Origin: Promethearchaeota archaeon
GTDB lineage: Archaea > Asgardarchaeota > Lokiarchaeia > Sigyniarchaeales > SOKP01
DNA: 64,000 bases
NCBI GenBank assembly: GCA_016839765.1
Contig: JAEOTP010000012.1
Location: 64,001 to 128,000 of the forward strand
Direction: 5' to 3'
The position numbers and the translations under genes were made by a program. The notes beneath the pieces were generated by a model, which made no database searches, was not told the DNA's origin, and saw only the letters and a program-made list of their open reading frames with translations. Positions 1 to 10,165 of this stretch are shown piece by piece (the first letter of the stretch is position 1; each line of letters begins with the position of its first letter).

Positions 1-2
1 GC

Positions 3-317
3 TCGCTTTGACGGACAACCCGCATTGATATCCAACATATCAAATTTATAACTTTCAAGAGATATTATAGTTTTCTTTAAAGCTTCTGGATCTGATCCAA
101 TTAATTGGATACTTATAGGTCTTTCTTCTTCTATTTTATATAAATCAGTAATAAACGAATTAGGACTTTTCTCAATTTTCTTAATATAGATCATAGGAAC
201 ATAAACTAAGCCTATCTTTTGAAATTTTCTACAAAATCTCCTATATGGTGCTGTAGTCACCTCTTGCATAGGCGCTAATAATAAATTATTATCTATAGAA
301 AGTGTCCCCAGTTTCAT
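3..317 (-). CDS. tRNA-dihydrouridine synthase family protein, N-terminal part (runs off the window start)
   Basis: Not in the ORF track. Manual translation from ATG at 317 gives MKLGTLSIDNNLLLAPMQEVTTAPYRRFC...ISIQLIGSDPE...LDINAGCPSKR, containing the Dus motifs LAPM, Q(L)xG and D(I)NxGCP. Confidence 0.9.
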   Translation of the reverse strand, partial: MKLGTLSIDNNLLLAPMQEVTTAPYRRFCRKFQKIGLVYVPMIYIKKIEKSPNSFITDLYKIEEERPISIQLIGSDPEALKKTIISLESYKFDMLDINAGCPSKR

Positions 318-441
318 TTTACTAAAAACAAAATATTATCTAAATTTTCAAACTATAAACATGAAATTTTTATAAAAAATGAATTTTACTTAATTAGCTT
401 TAAATTGCATATATTTGTTCTTTAAATAAAATATTATAGAA

Positions 442-954
442 GTGAAAAAATTTACGATGTATGAATATCTAAACGAATTCGAATTTAAAGAGACTCTGAA
501 AGAGTTATCATATATAGAGGGAGAACCGTTAATATTAAGTAATGAATTTAGTTTTTTCCATAATAAAAACAAATTCAGAAAAGATTTAAATCGATTACAA
601 TATATCTTCAAAGATTATACCAAAGACTCTCTTGTAGCAGCAGGTATCCGAGATACCTATTTAAAAGAAGAATACACTGAAAATTTTCTAATTGTTTTAT
701 TTACTACCAATGAAATTGTTAAGAATGCAAATGAATTCATAGAGAAATATATAAATAAGAAATTTAACTCTGGTTGTTTTTATTTAGAAACAACATCTAA
801 CTATATGTTATTAATTGCAAAAGAGATGAAAGGCTTAATTTCTGGAATCGATATTATGGAAGAGATTTTTACCCAAACCTTTGAAGATTATCTTAAACAA
901 GCAAAGTTTGATGATTATATTAAGATTAGACAATTTTTTATAAATAATTGTTAA
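442..954 (+). CDS. Stand-alone GH20 domain-2 (hexosaminidase N-terminal)-like protein, non-catalytic
   Basis: GCFYLETTSNYMLLIAKEMKGLISGIDIMEEIF aligns by eye with EGYNLEIEKNFILIYSIHERGLFYGLQTLIQLL of the GH20 enzyme at 28589. No TIM barrel follows. Confidence 0.55.
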   Translation: MKKFTMYEYLNEFEFKETLKELSYIEGEPLILSNEFSFFHNKNKFRKDLNRLQYIFKDYTKDSLVAAGIRDTYLKEEYTENFLIVLFTTNEIVKNANEFIEKYINKKFNSGCFYLETTSNYMLLIAKEMKGLISGIDIMEEIFTQTFEDYLKQAKFDDYIKIRQFFINNC

Positions 955-995
955 AATGATAAAATTGTTAAAAAGAGATATAATTTGATTTGAAT

Positions 996-2717
996 TTAAT
1001 TACCATACTTCCAAGGTTTTTGTCTTTTTAAGTTATATGCTTTGTCAGCATATTCCTCAACCATTCGATGAGTGTTAAAATAAGCAGCAAGCGAAATTGC
1101 ATTTTTACATCTAAATAACCACTCATCATGATTTAAATAAGTTGGAATAACCTCATTCTCCAAGATGTCATAAAAAGCTTTAGCATCAATTTCCCAATTA
1201 TTAGACAGAGCTGGATCCTCTGGATTTGAATCATTTGGCCCAATACTCCATCCTGCCATAGAATTCATTTTATAACCTTCTAGCCACCAACCATCTTGAA
1301 TACTCAGATTTAAAACTCCATTTAAAGCAGCCTTCATTCCACTAGTGCCACTTGCTTCGCGATATCTTTCAGGAGTATTAAGCCATATATCACAACCAGA
1401 AACTAGCATTTGAGATAAGTCCATATTATAATTTTCCATTAAAACAACTTTAACTCCATAATTATTATAAAGATATTCTCCAGATTCATAAATCTTTTTA
1501 ATAAAATCCTTACCAGCTTGATCTTTTGGATGAGCTTTCCCTGCAAAAATGAATTGGACATTTCCCTTACAAATTTTCCCTAATCGATCAATATCATGAA
1601 ATATGAGCACTGCTCTTTTATAGGTAGAGAACCTTCTAGCAAATCCTATTGTAATAAGTTCCTCGTCTAGCAAATTCCAGCTATGTCCTTTCTGATAACT
1701 TATAAGTCCAAATTTATTTTCAATATGAGCATCAAAAAGATCTAAATCATCCAATTCTATGGCATTTTGGAGTACAATAGGATTTGCTGTCCAATTTGGC
1801 CATTTCTTATCAAAGATTTGGCTAATTGGTTTTGATACCCAAAATGGTAGATGAATTCCATTTGTAATATAATCAATTTCATATTGCGGAAACATTTTCT
1901 TGGTGATTTCTGCATGTTTTTTAGAAACTCCATTCCTATATTTTGAAAGGTTCATCCCTAAACGTGTCATATTAAATTGTCCATTATCCTCCCCTAATTT
2001 TAGAATTTCTTTGGGTATTCTACTTTCGAATACTTTCTTTACTAAACTTTGATCAAATCTGTCATGCCCAGCTGGAACTGGTGTGTGAGTAGTAAATGCA
2101 ACGCTTGACTTTACCTTTTCAATATCACCACCAAACATATTGAATAACTCAATTGTGGCGAATGATCCATGACCTTCATTTAGATGATAAGTCTTAATAT
2201 TATTATAGCCCAAAGAATTTAAGAGGCGGACACCCCCGATTCCAAGAATTATTTCTTGTACAATACGATTCCACTTCGAAGTAGAATCGTACAGAGATCC
2301 CGTCATTTTTTTCATCCAATCCTCATTTCCATCTATATCAGTAGTAAGGAGATAAATCGGAAGGATATGGCCTGATTGCCCAATTACTTTATATAACCAA
2401 GCAGAAACCTTAACATTTTTATTTTCAATTTTAATACAAATTGGTTTTTCAACCTTATCAAATTCATAGAAAAAATTCCATTCAACTTCTTTTTCTTTTT
2501 GTTCTCCGGTTTCATCAAATAATTGATAAAAATAGCCCGAACTATAGCAAAGACAGACAGCTACCATAGGTATTTCAAGATCAGCAGCAGATCTTACTGT
2601 ATCTCCTGATAAAACTCCTAAACCCCCAGAATATGTTGGTATATTACTGTCCATTCCGATTTCCATGGAGATATATGCAACAGTTGTATTTTGCCTTAAA
2701 CTATCGTCGATTTCCAT
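996..2717 (-). CDS. glgP: Alpha-glucan (glycogen/maltodextrin) phosphorylase, GT35
   Basis: Motifs YSGGLGVLSGD, HLNEGH, FTTHTPVPAGHD, FARRFSTYKR, AGKAHP and the PLP-lysine motif EASGTSGMKA. Confidence 0.95.
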   Translation of the reverse strand: MEIDDSLRQNTTVAYISMEIGMDSNIPTYSGGLGVLSGDTVRSAADLEIPMVAVCLCYSSGYFYQLFDETGEQKEKEVEWNFFYEFDKVEKPICIKIENKNVKVSAWLYKVIGQSGHILPIYLLTTDIDGNEDWMKKMTGSLYDSTSKWNRIVQEIILGIGGVRLLNSLGYNNIKTYHLNEGHGSFATIELFNMFGGDIEKVKSSVAFTTHTPVPAGHDRFDQSLVKKVFESRIPKEILKLGEDNGQFNMTRLGMNLSKYRNGVSKKHAEITKKMFPQYEIDYITNGIHLPFWVSKPISQIFDKKWPNWTANPIVLQNAIELDDLDLFDAHIENKFGLISYQKGHSWNLLDEELITIGFARRFSTYKRAVLIFHDIDRLGKICKGNVQFIFAGKAHPKDQAGKDFIKKIYESGEYLYNNYGVKVVLMENYNMDLSQMLVSGCDIWLNTPERYREASGTSGMKAALNGVLNLSIQDGWWLEGYKMNSMAGWSIGPNDSNPEDPALSNNWEIDAKAFYDILENEVIPTYLNHDEWLFRCKNAISLAAYFNTHRMVEEYADKAYNLKRQKPWKYGN

Positions 2718-2909
2718 AAATCATCATCTTTAAAATCTATATTTGAAATATATTCTTTTTCATATATTATGTAAAAGTTTATTATTAAATTCTTATGTTA
2801 AAAGAAAATAAAGGAAAAATAGCATTTTAATCATAATATTATGTATGTATTGACATACAAAATTAAAAAAAACTTTAAAATTTAAGGTATTTAATTTTTT
2901 AGATTATAT

Positions 2910-3557
2910 TTATATTTTAAGAGATTTATTTTCTAATATCTCTACTTTTATGCTAGGATCTTTAGCATTCATAATTTCTTTAAACTTATTTAAATCAGCG
3001 CCCCAAGAATGCATTGGAACAACAATTTCAGGCCGTATATCCATTGCAGCATCTGTAGCTTCTTCCATATCCATTGTATATGTCCCTCCGCAAGGGAGTA
3101 AGGCGACAGTTATATTTCTTTTAGCTAAATCCTTCATTTCTGGAATTCTCTCAGTATCACCAGCATGATATACACTTCTTCCTGCTGATTCGATTATTGT
3201 TCCTGCCCAACCATTACTCTTTGGATGTGTGCTCTTTTTTATGGTGTATGCAGGAAATAATTCTATTCTAAAATCTTTATAAGCAAATTCTTCACCAAAT
3301 TTTAAAGGTTTTCCATTAAATTCTGCTAAACTACTAGCAATACTGTTTGGACCTATTAAGATAGTAGAATCTTCCCATAACTTCTTAATATCCGTAGTTG
3401 AGAAATGATCCCCATGTGTATGAGATGATATAATTATATCTGCTTTTTCTTCACCTTCTTTAATATTATATGGGTCTAAATAGATAATCCTACCGCTAAA
3501 CATTGTAACCTTGAAAGCGGCATGACCCAGCCAAAAAATTTCCATTTGTGATTCCAT
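2910..3557 (-). CDS. MBL-fold metallo-hydrolase (UPF0173/UlaG-like)
   Basis: WLGHAAF, SHTHGDH, YHAGDT and VPMH motifs. Confidence 0.9.
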   Translation of the reverse strand: MESQMEIFWLGHAAFKVTMFSGRIIYLDPYNIKEGEEKADIIISSHTHGDHFSTTDIKKLWEDSTILIGPNSIASSLAEFNGKPLKFGEEFAYKDFRIELFPAYTIKKSTHPKSNGWAGTIIESAGRSVYHAGDTERIPEMKDLAKRNITVALLPCGGTYTMDMEEATDAAMDIRPEIVVPMHSWGADLNKFKEIMNAKDPSIKVEILENKSLKI

Positions 3558-3665
3558 ACATTTTCACTTCTTCCAAATTTAAATTATAATTATTATTTAT
3601 AATTCAAACTTATATAACTCTATCTGATATTAAAACAAATAATAAGGAGAATTATAAGCAGAACA

Positions 3666-4052
3666 CTAATCTTCAGATTTTAAATCCAGTTCTGGTTTTG
3701 TTAAAGAAATTTTTTTAGAAATTCCAAATTTGTCAGATTTAGAAATGTCAATATTTTCGAGTTGTTCATTAAAAATTTTATTTCCAAAATCGGGAATTTG
3801 GTTTACCTTATTAATTTCTGGAATCTTATGAATCAAATTTGGTTTTAAAGTATTTTGTATGTGAAAGACATTTCTCTCTAATTTCTTTTTATTAGTAATG
3901 TGTTTCTTATAAAAAGGATTTTCTGTTTTAAGCGGATTTATATTAAGCATTTCCAAATTTAAATCATTAGCTGGTCTTGTGCTTACAGAAATTCGACAAA
4001 TTGGACAATTTATTTCATCAAGACCATGTTTACAAATCATAACTTTTTCCAC
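3666..4052 (-). CDS. Hypothetical protein with N-terminal CxH-x6-CxxC putative Zn site
   Basis: CKHGLDEINCPIC near the N-terminus. The start may be ATG at 4040. Confidence 0.6.
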   Translation of the reverse strand: MEKVMICKHGLDEINCPICRISVSTRPANDLNLEMLNINPLKTENPFYKKHITNKKKLERNVFHIQNTLKPNLIHKIPEINKVNQIPDFGNKIFNEQLENIDISKSDKFGISKKISLTKPELDLKSED

Positions 4053-4119
4053 TCAAATAGATTTTCTTTTCTGAATTCTTTAAATTAATTTTATTTTATA
4101 TTTCTTTTTATTATTAATT

Positions 4120-5232
4120 ATGAGCGAGTTATTAGAGGAAATTAAATCTCAATCCTTAGCACTAAGAGAGACTTTAAATTATATAATGAACGATGGAAAA
4201 CCTCAATTTCTAATTGTAAAGGACTTCATAAAAAAAGGAGGAATAAATAAACTAATCTTCACAGGAATGGGATCTAGTTATATTAGCACATACCTACCCT
4301 ATTATATATTAAATCAATACGGAATAACAACTGAAATAAGAGATTCTGGAGAATTTCTATTCAATTTGTTTCCAGAAAAAAAGAAAGATATTTTTAAAAA
4401 TACGGGAATAATCATTATCTCTCAATCTGGTGAATCAGGTGAAATTCGAGAACTACTTAGGAAAATTAATTCAATTGATGATACTCCTTTAACAATTGGT
4501 ATAACAAATGATCCTGATAGTTATCTTGCATCCATGACAGAATTACAAATTTTAATGAATTTTGATAAGGAAGTATCAGTAACATCAAAAAGTTATGTTT
4601 GCACTTTATTATTGCTTTATGTGATGGCTAAAACAATAATAGGTGAATTTTTTACAAATGAAAGTGAACATGAGAAAATTGATCAGTTAATAACTGAAGT
4701 GGATGTTTTAATGAATGATAAAGCTAGTTTAAATAAAATCTGGAAAGATTTAATAGATTCTTTTGGTTACAACATGAATTTTATCGAGATTTTATCGCGA
4801 GGTTCTTCAATGGTTACTGCTCATCAAGCTGCTTTGAATTGTAAAGAAATTGCAAAGGTTTATTCGGAAGCAAGTTCCATATCTACGTTTAGACACGGAG
4901 GTATAGAATGTCTTAATGATAACACCACTATAATTTTGATTACCTCAGATAATAAGAATTTACAATTAAATACGAAATTCCTAGATAATCTGATTAATAA
5001 TTGGAAGTGTAAAAAGGTTCTTCATATAACAAATCAAAATTTTAATAATAAACTCGAGAAGATTCATAAGAATTCTAGAATAATTGTTTATCGGCATAAT
5101 ATTATTGATAATTATTTGGCCCCAATAATGGAAATTATTATTCTACAATTACTCTTTTATAAAATAGCTGAAAAAAGAGGTATTAAACCGGGGAGTTTTT
5201 ACTTTACTAAGAAAATCACAGATGATCTCTAA
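4120..5232 (+). CDS. Double-SIS domain sugar-phosphate isomerase/deaminase (GlmD/GlmS-isomerase-like, no glutaminase domain)
   Basis: GMGSSY, ISQSGES, GITND, SVTSKSY, ALNCKE and FRHGG motifs. Confidence 0.85.
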   Translation: MSELLEEIKSQSLALRETLNYIMNDGKPQFLIVKDFIKKGGINKLIFTGMGSSYISTYLPYYILNQYGITTEIRDSGEFLFNLFPEKKKDIFKNTGIIIISQSGESGEIRELLRKINSIDDTPLTIGITNDPDSYLASMTELQILMNFDKEVSVTSKSYVCTLLLLYVMAKTIIGEFFTNESEHEKIDQLITEVDVLMNDKASLNKIWKDLIDSFGYNMNFIEILSRGSSMVTAHQAALNCKEIAKVYSEASSISTFRHGGIECLNDNTTIILITSDNKNLQLNTKFLDNLINNWKCKKVLHITNQNFNNKLEKIHKNSRIIVYRHNIIDNYLAPIMEIIILQLLFYKIAEKRGIKPGSFYFTKKITDDL

Positions 5233-5349
5233 TAGTATCTGTTTGGAGAATTTAAAAATTTTTAATATAAACTTTTTATATTTGGTTCTATTAAATTTAT
5301 TATTTGAAATTTAAAATAGAAATTGAAAATATAAATTGATTGAATACTT

Positions 5350-7122
5350 ATGGCAAAATTTCATATTGACGAAAATAAAAGTTGGTTTCATCACTGGTGG
5401 CCTGAAGGAGTGCCATTTAATACTGAATTTGAAGAAATTAGTCTTGGTGATTTTTTTGAAAAACAAAGAAAAAAGTATCCAGCAAATAATATTATATGGT
5501 TCATAGATACATGGATGACCTACGACGAAATTGGAAAATATATTGATTCGTTTGCAACTGCACTTCATAATCTTGGTATAAAGAAAGGAGATGTAGTAGC
5601 TTTGTTATTACCTAATTCTTTTCAATATGTTATTTCCTTTTATGCATGTGCAAAACTGGGAATAATATCAACAGGTATAAATACAACTTATAAACCACTT
5701 GAAGTACTTCATCATCTTGAATTAACAAATGCTAGGGTATTAATCGTGTTAGATTCACTTTATAGCGATTTAGCAGGACCTATCATTCAAAAAACAAATG
5801 TGGAAATAGTAATATCTACCAACGCTATTGATTTAGCAACAGGTCTTTCAGGGATTAAAAAAGTTTTAGGAAAGATGTTAGGAAAAATTCCTTCAGGAAA
5901 AGTTGATTTTAATCCATCATATAAATTTATGGATCTCCTAAACACAGAACCAAATCTACCACAAGTAAGTTTTGATCCTAAAACTCATACGGCAACTTAT
6001 ATAATGACGGGGGGAACTACAGGGGTCCCTAAAGCAACAGTGTTAACCCACTATAACTTAGTATCAAATGTTAAACAAGTAATTGAGATTTTCGGAGGAG
6101 AACAACCTGGGATGGGAGATGTTGGAGTTTTACCATTGTTTCATTCATTTGCTATGACAGCTGTTATGAACGTAGCAATTGGACTAGGAGGGTGGATGAT
6201 GCTTTTTGTAAGACCTCCCTCTACTGAAGATTTAATTAAAACGATTGATAAATTACCTGCACCTCAAGGTCTTGCTTATGCTGGAGCAGAAATTCTGTTC
6301 AAAAGAATTGCTGATTACCCACATTTAAAAAAATTCCCCCATTTAATGGGTAAAATGAAATTAAACGTTTCTGGGGCTGGTGCTTTACATGCACCAGTAA
6401 GAGATGGATTTGAAAGAAAAACAGGTGGAAGAATTGTAGAAGGGTATGGCTTATCTGAGGCTAGCCCGGTCGTTAGCTGTGGGAATTTATTTGGTGAAAG
6501 CCCTATTGGAACAATAGGTATACCTTTACCAGGTACAGATTGGGCAATTTTTGACGCTGCCGCTCCAACCCTCGAAGAAGGACCTATTGCTGATGGACTT
6601 CAAGGCTCTAATTATGGAGAAGAACATTCAGGTGAGTTATGTATAAATGGTCCACAGGTAATGAAAGAATATTTAAACCAACCAGAAGAGAGTAAAGAGA
6701 CGTTACAAGAATGGAATGGACGAATTTGGTTAAGAACAGGTGATATTGGATATATGCGTGAAGACGGAACTGTAACATTAATGGATCGTAAAAAACAATT
6801 GATTAAAGTTGCTGGTCATTCAGTATTTCCTACTGAGATCGAAACTATGCTGATGAAGCATGAAGGTGTTTCAGAAGCAGCGGTAGCAGGGTTACCTGAT
6901 CCTGAAGGAAAAGTTGGTGAAATAGCTAAAGCATGGGTTGCTCTAAAACCAGAATATGTAGGAAAAATTTCAGAAGAAGATTTGGTAGCATGGGCAAAGG
7001 AGAGTATGACCCATTGGAAAATCCCAAAATTCATAGAATTTATCGATGATGTACCCAAAAATATATTAGGAAAGGTTCAGAGAAGAATACTTCAAGAAGC
7101 TGATCCCCTCTATAAGAAATAA
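5350..7122 (+). CDS. Long-chain fatty-acid--CoA ligase (AMP-binding)
   Basis: MTGGTTGVPK, EGYGLSE, WLRTGDIG, DRKKQLI and PKNILGKV motifs. Confidence 0.92.
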   Translation: MAKFHIDENKSWFHHWWPEGVPFNTEFEEISLGDFFEKQRKKYPANNIIWFIDTWMTYDEIGKYIDSFATALHNLGIKKGDVVALLLPNSFQYVISFYACAKLGIISTGINTTYKPLEVLHHLELTNARVLIVLDSLYSDLAGPIIQKTNVEIVISTNAIDLATGLSGIKKVLGKMLGKIPSGKVDFNPSYKFMDLLNTEPNLPQVSFDPKTHTATYIMTGGTTGVPKATVLTHYNLVSNVKQVIEIFGGEQPGMGDVGVLPLFHSFAMTAVMNVAIGLGGWMMLFVRPPSTEDLIKTIDKLPAPQGLAYAGAEILFKRIADYPHLKKFPHLMGKMKLNVSGAGALHAPVRDGFERKTGGRIVEGYGLSEASPVVSCGNLFGESPIGTIGIPLPGTDWAIFDAAAPTLEEGPIADGLQGSNYGEEHSGELCINGPQVMKEYLNQPEESKETLQEWNGRIWLRTGDIGYMREDGTVTLMDRKKQLIKVAGHSVFPTEIETMLMKHEGVSEAAVAGLPDPEGKVGEIAKAWVALKPEYVGKISEEDLVAWAKESMTHWKIPKFIEFIDDVPKNILGKVQRRILQEADPLYKK

Positions 7123-7163
7123 TTATAATATTTTTTTACTTATTTTAACCCTTTTTTTAAGAA

Positions 7164-7247
7164 ATATTTAAAGCTAAATTTTTAATAGAAAATATTAATT
7201 TATCTAGTCCAAGTAATATATTTAAAGCTAAATTTTTAATAGAAAAT
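7164..7247 (+). repeat. Perfect 30-bp direct repeat (7164-7193 and 7218-7247) spanning the putative TATA box and start of the downstream gene
   Basis: ATATTTAAAGCTAAATTTTTAATAGAAAAT occurs twice, 54 bp apart. The second copy ends in the AT of the ATG at 7246. Confidence 0.9.
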
Positions 7248-8382
7248 GGTAAAGGGCATTATCTTATCTGGCGGATTTGGTACAAGGCTTAGACCGTTAA
7301 CATGTATGATTCCAAAATCTTTAATACCGGTTGTTAACAAGCCCGTTATTGAACGACAGATTTTATTATTGAAATCTTCTGGTGTTAAAGAAGTAGTTCT
7401 GGCTGTAAGTGTGATGTCAGATATTGTAAAAAATTATTTTAAAGATGGTAAGAAATTAGGAATTAAGATTAGTTATACAAATGAAAAGCATCCAATGGGG
7501 ACTGCGGGAGCAATAAAGCTAGCAGAGGCCTACTTAGAAAATGATAATTTTTTCATGTTAAATGGAGATGTAATTTTAAATTTTAATTTCAAGGATATGC
7601 TTAACTTTCATAAAAAATCAAATGGAATAGGTACAATTGCGAGTAAAATTGTAGAGGATCCATCTCCATATGGGGTTCTTATAGCTAACCCGGAAACTAA
7701 TCAACTCTATAAATTTCTTGAAAAAGATGAATATTCACCCCTAAATGGCAAAATTATTCCAATGCCAGTTAATGCGGGAGTATACATTTTAGAGCCAGAT
7801 ATTTTTTCTTATATTGAATCAAACAAAAAGGCCTCTATTGAAAAGGATATTTTCCCTAAAGTTCTTGTTGACAAGAAAGTATATCACTTTCCAATTACGG
7901 GTATTTGGAAAGATATTGGTAAGCCTTATGAGTTATTACAAGGAAGTATTTTATTAATGAATGATATTTTGAAAAATTTAAAAGGAAAAAGAAAGAGTTT
8001 AACTGATAATTCGGCTGATATTGCCCCAACTACGAAAATTTTTCCTCCTTGTACAATTGGAGAAAATGTTGTCATTCGAGGTATGTGTAAGATAGGACCC
8101 AATGTTATCATCGGAGATAATGTTTATATTGATGAAAGCACAATAATAAAAGAATCTTTGATATATAATGACACATATATCTCTAAAAATGTTGATATCC
8201 AAAGTTCAATAATTTCTGATAATTGCCTTATCGAAGATCGTGTTCAATTAAGAGGGAAAAATGAAAATCTGGTCATTTTAGCCTCTTATGTTAAAGTTTT
8301 AAGAAACATTAAGCTTATTGCTAAGGAAGGCGAATCTATTAATTTTTGTCATCACGTAGAAGTAAATGAAAGCCTAAATTGA
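7246..8382 (+). CDS. NDP-sugar synthase (mannose-1-phosphate guanylyltransferase-like) with C-terminal left-handed beta-helix
   Basis: ILSGGFGTRLRPLT, PKSL, GTAGAI, LNGD, VNAGVY and WKDIG motifs, followed by hexapeptide repeats. Confidence 0.9.
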   Translation: MVKGIILSGGFGTRLRPLTCMIPKSLIPVVNKPVIERQILLLKSSGVKEVVLAVSVMSDIVKNYFKDGKKLGIKISYTNEKHPMGTAGAIKLAEAYLENDNFFMLNGDVILNFNFKDMLNFHKKSNGIGTIASKIVEDPSPYGVLIANPETNQLYKFLEKDEYSPLNGKIIPMPVNAGVYILEPDIFSYIESNKKASIEKDIFPKVLVDKKVYHFPITGIWKDIGKPYELLQGSILLMNDILKNLKGKRKSLTDNSADIAPTTKIFPPCTIGENVVIRGMCKIGPNVIIGDNVYIDESTIIKESLIYNDTYISKNVDIQSSIISDNCLIEDRVQLRGKNENLVILASYVKVLRNIKLIAKEGESINFCHHVEVNESLN

Positions 8383-8428
8383 ACATTCTTTACTTTACGT
8401 TATTAAAAATAATTAATTACGAAAAATT

Positions 8429-9781
8429 TTGATTATGCCTAATCGCTTAAATCCAGAAATGATTCATAAAAAATTTCTTAGAAATGAGATAAGTAAAAAT
8501 GAATCCCTAAAATTACTGGAATCACTTATAAATGAAAGTGATAATGAAGAAATAAGAGCAAATGCAATTGAGGTTCTTGAACAATACTCACCAATAGGTA
8601 TCGGCATTTCCAAAGTTATTGAAAAGAGTTTAATTTCTGATGAATCTCCTTTAGTAAGAACCGCTGCTGCGAAATTGATTATTACAGCTAATATAGAAGG
8701 AGCACAAAATGCTTTATGGTGGCGAATTCAGAATGAAAAATCAATTTTGTTCTTTAAAAAAAGTTTGGATTTCACAGAACGCTCCCAAAATCCAGAAAAT
8801 GAAAAATTCAAAGAATATCTTTTAAAAAGATTAAACCAGATTTATAAGTTAAATGAAGCTGATTCTGAATTCATCTTAGAGTTAGATTATCATGATTATA
8901 AACATTTTGTAAGGGATTTTAAAGGTTTTTTATCAAAATTTGAAATTAGGGGAGAAGAAAGAAAAAAATTAATAAAAGAAAATACAGAAATCGGTTATAA
9001 AGGCTTAGGAAGAATAACCTCAGCAAAAGAAGGATATATTATAGGTTTAATTTTAAACGATCTTGAAGAAGTACCAAAATCCCTTCAAAATCTTTCAAAA
9101 TTGGAATATCTAGAGATTAACCGCTGCAAAATTGGAGACTTACCAGATTCATATGGATATCTCTCTCAAATTAAAAATCTGACTATTAAAAATAATGAAA
9201 TTGAATCAATTCCACAATGGGTATTATATATCTCTTCGACCGGTAGCTATACTGAAAAGTATGTTAAAAATGGAGTTAATTTCGAGGAAGCTTCAATATT
9301 GGGGCTATTAGAAATTTTTACAGGTCAAGCTTTTGTTAAATTAGAATTAGAGGCTTCATTTTTTCCATCACTACTATTTTATTATAAAATAAACCAAAAT
9401 GGTAATGTACTTGCCATACATCTATCATCTGAATTATCACGTATAGGTATATTTCCTAAAGAGATATGTAAATTAAGATTTTTAGAAGAATTGTGTATGG
9501 TAAATCAAAGTATCAAGAGTATTCCAAATTGTATTGGAGAATTAAAAGCTTTAAAAACTTTAAATTTGAGCTTTAATAAAATCAATGAAATTCCTAATTC
9601 TATAGGCAATTTAGAAAATTTAGAATATTTATATCTAAAAAATCATGAAGGGGAACAGATACTTAATCATATTACTGAAAATTTAATTAATTTAAGGCAA
9701 CTTAAGATTTTGGATTTAAGTGGAAATATTATAAGGAATTTACCAGAATCAATACAAAAATTAAATTCATTCAAAATTTAA
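8429..9781 (+). CDS. HEAT-repeat N-terminus plus leucine-rich repeat protein
   Basis: HEAT-like IRANAIEVL and DESPLVRTAAAKLI. LRR units LKTLNLSFNKINEIPNSIGNL and LKILDLSGNIIRNLPESI. Confidence 0.85.
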   Translation: MIMPNRLNPEMIHKKFLRNEISKNESLKLLESLINESDNEEIRANAIEVLEQYSPIGIGISKVIEKSLISDESPLVRTAAAKLIITANIEGAQNALWWRIQNEKSILFFKKSLDFTERSQNPENEKFKEYLLKRLNQIYKLNEADSEFILELDYHDYKHFVRDFKGFLSKFEIRGEERKKLIKENTEIGYKGLGRITSAKEGYIIGLILNDLEEVPKSLQNLSKLEYLEINRCKIGDLPDSYGYLSQIKNLTIKNNEIESIPQWVLYISSTGSYTEKYVKNGVNFEEASILGLLEIFTGQAFVKLELEASFFPSLLFYYKINQNGNVLAIHLSSELSRIGIFPKEICKLRFLEELCMVNQSIKSIPNCIGELKALKTLNLSFNKINEIPNSIGNLENLEYLYLKNHEGEQILNHITENLINLRQLKILDLSGNIIRNLPESIQKLNSFKI

Positions 9782-9820
9782 ATTTTTACGATTAGTAGAT
9801 AAATAGCACATTACATGTTC

Positions 9821-10108
9821 TCAATCTTCTTTTTTCAATAAATTATTGTATTCTCCATCCATAATTCTCGCAATATAACGTCTTCCTTTTATAATCCACA
9901 TAATTTTATGTCCCTCTCGTGCCTTTTTTCCCCATTCCGACTTTTTTCTCCAATTTTGTTCTATGAAGCGATAACCGAAAAGGTCTAAGTATTTAATTCC
10001 ACTTGAAAATTTTTTAATAGGATATTCGATCTCATCAATTTCGACATTTTTTTTTCCTTCAAATATTGCCTTGTAAATCTTCAAACCTTTTATTTTCATC
10101 TCTTCCAT
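9821..10108 (-). CDS. Conserved hypothetical small basic protein
   Basis: Clean ATG ORF in a gene-sized gap. Segments FIEQN, SEWGKKAREGHKIMW look conserved. Confidence 0.7.
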   Translation of the reverse strand: MEEMKIKGLKIYKAIFEGKKNVEIDEIEYPIKKFSSGIKYLDLFGYRFIEQNWRKKSEWGKKAREGHKIMWIIKGRRYIARIMDGEYNNLLKKED

Positions 10109-10165
10109 TTCTATTCATTTTTCTTTTATACTTTTAAATTTTTTATTAATCTTTCACAATTCTTA

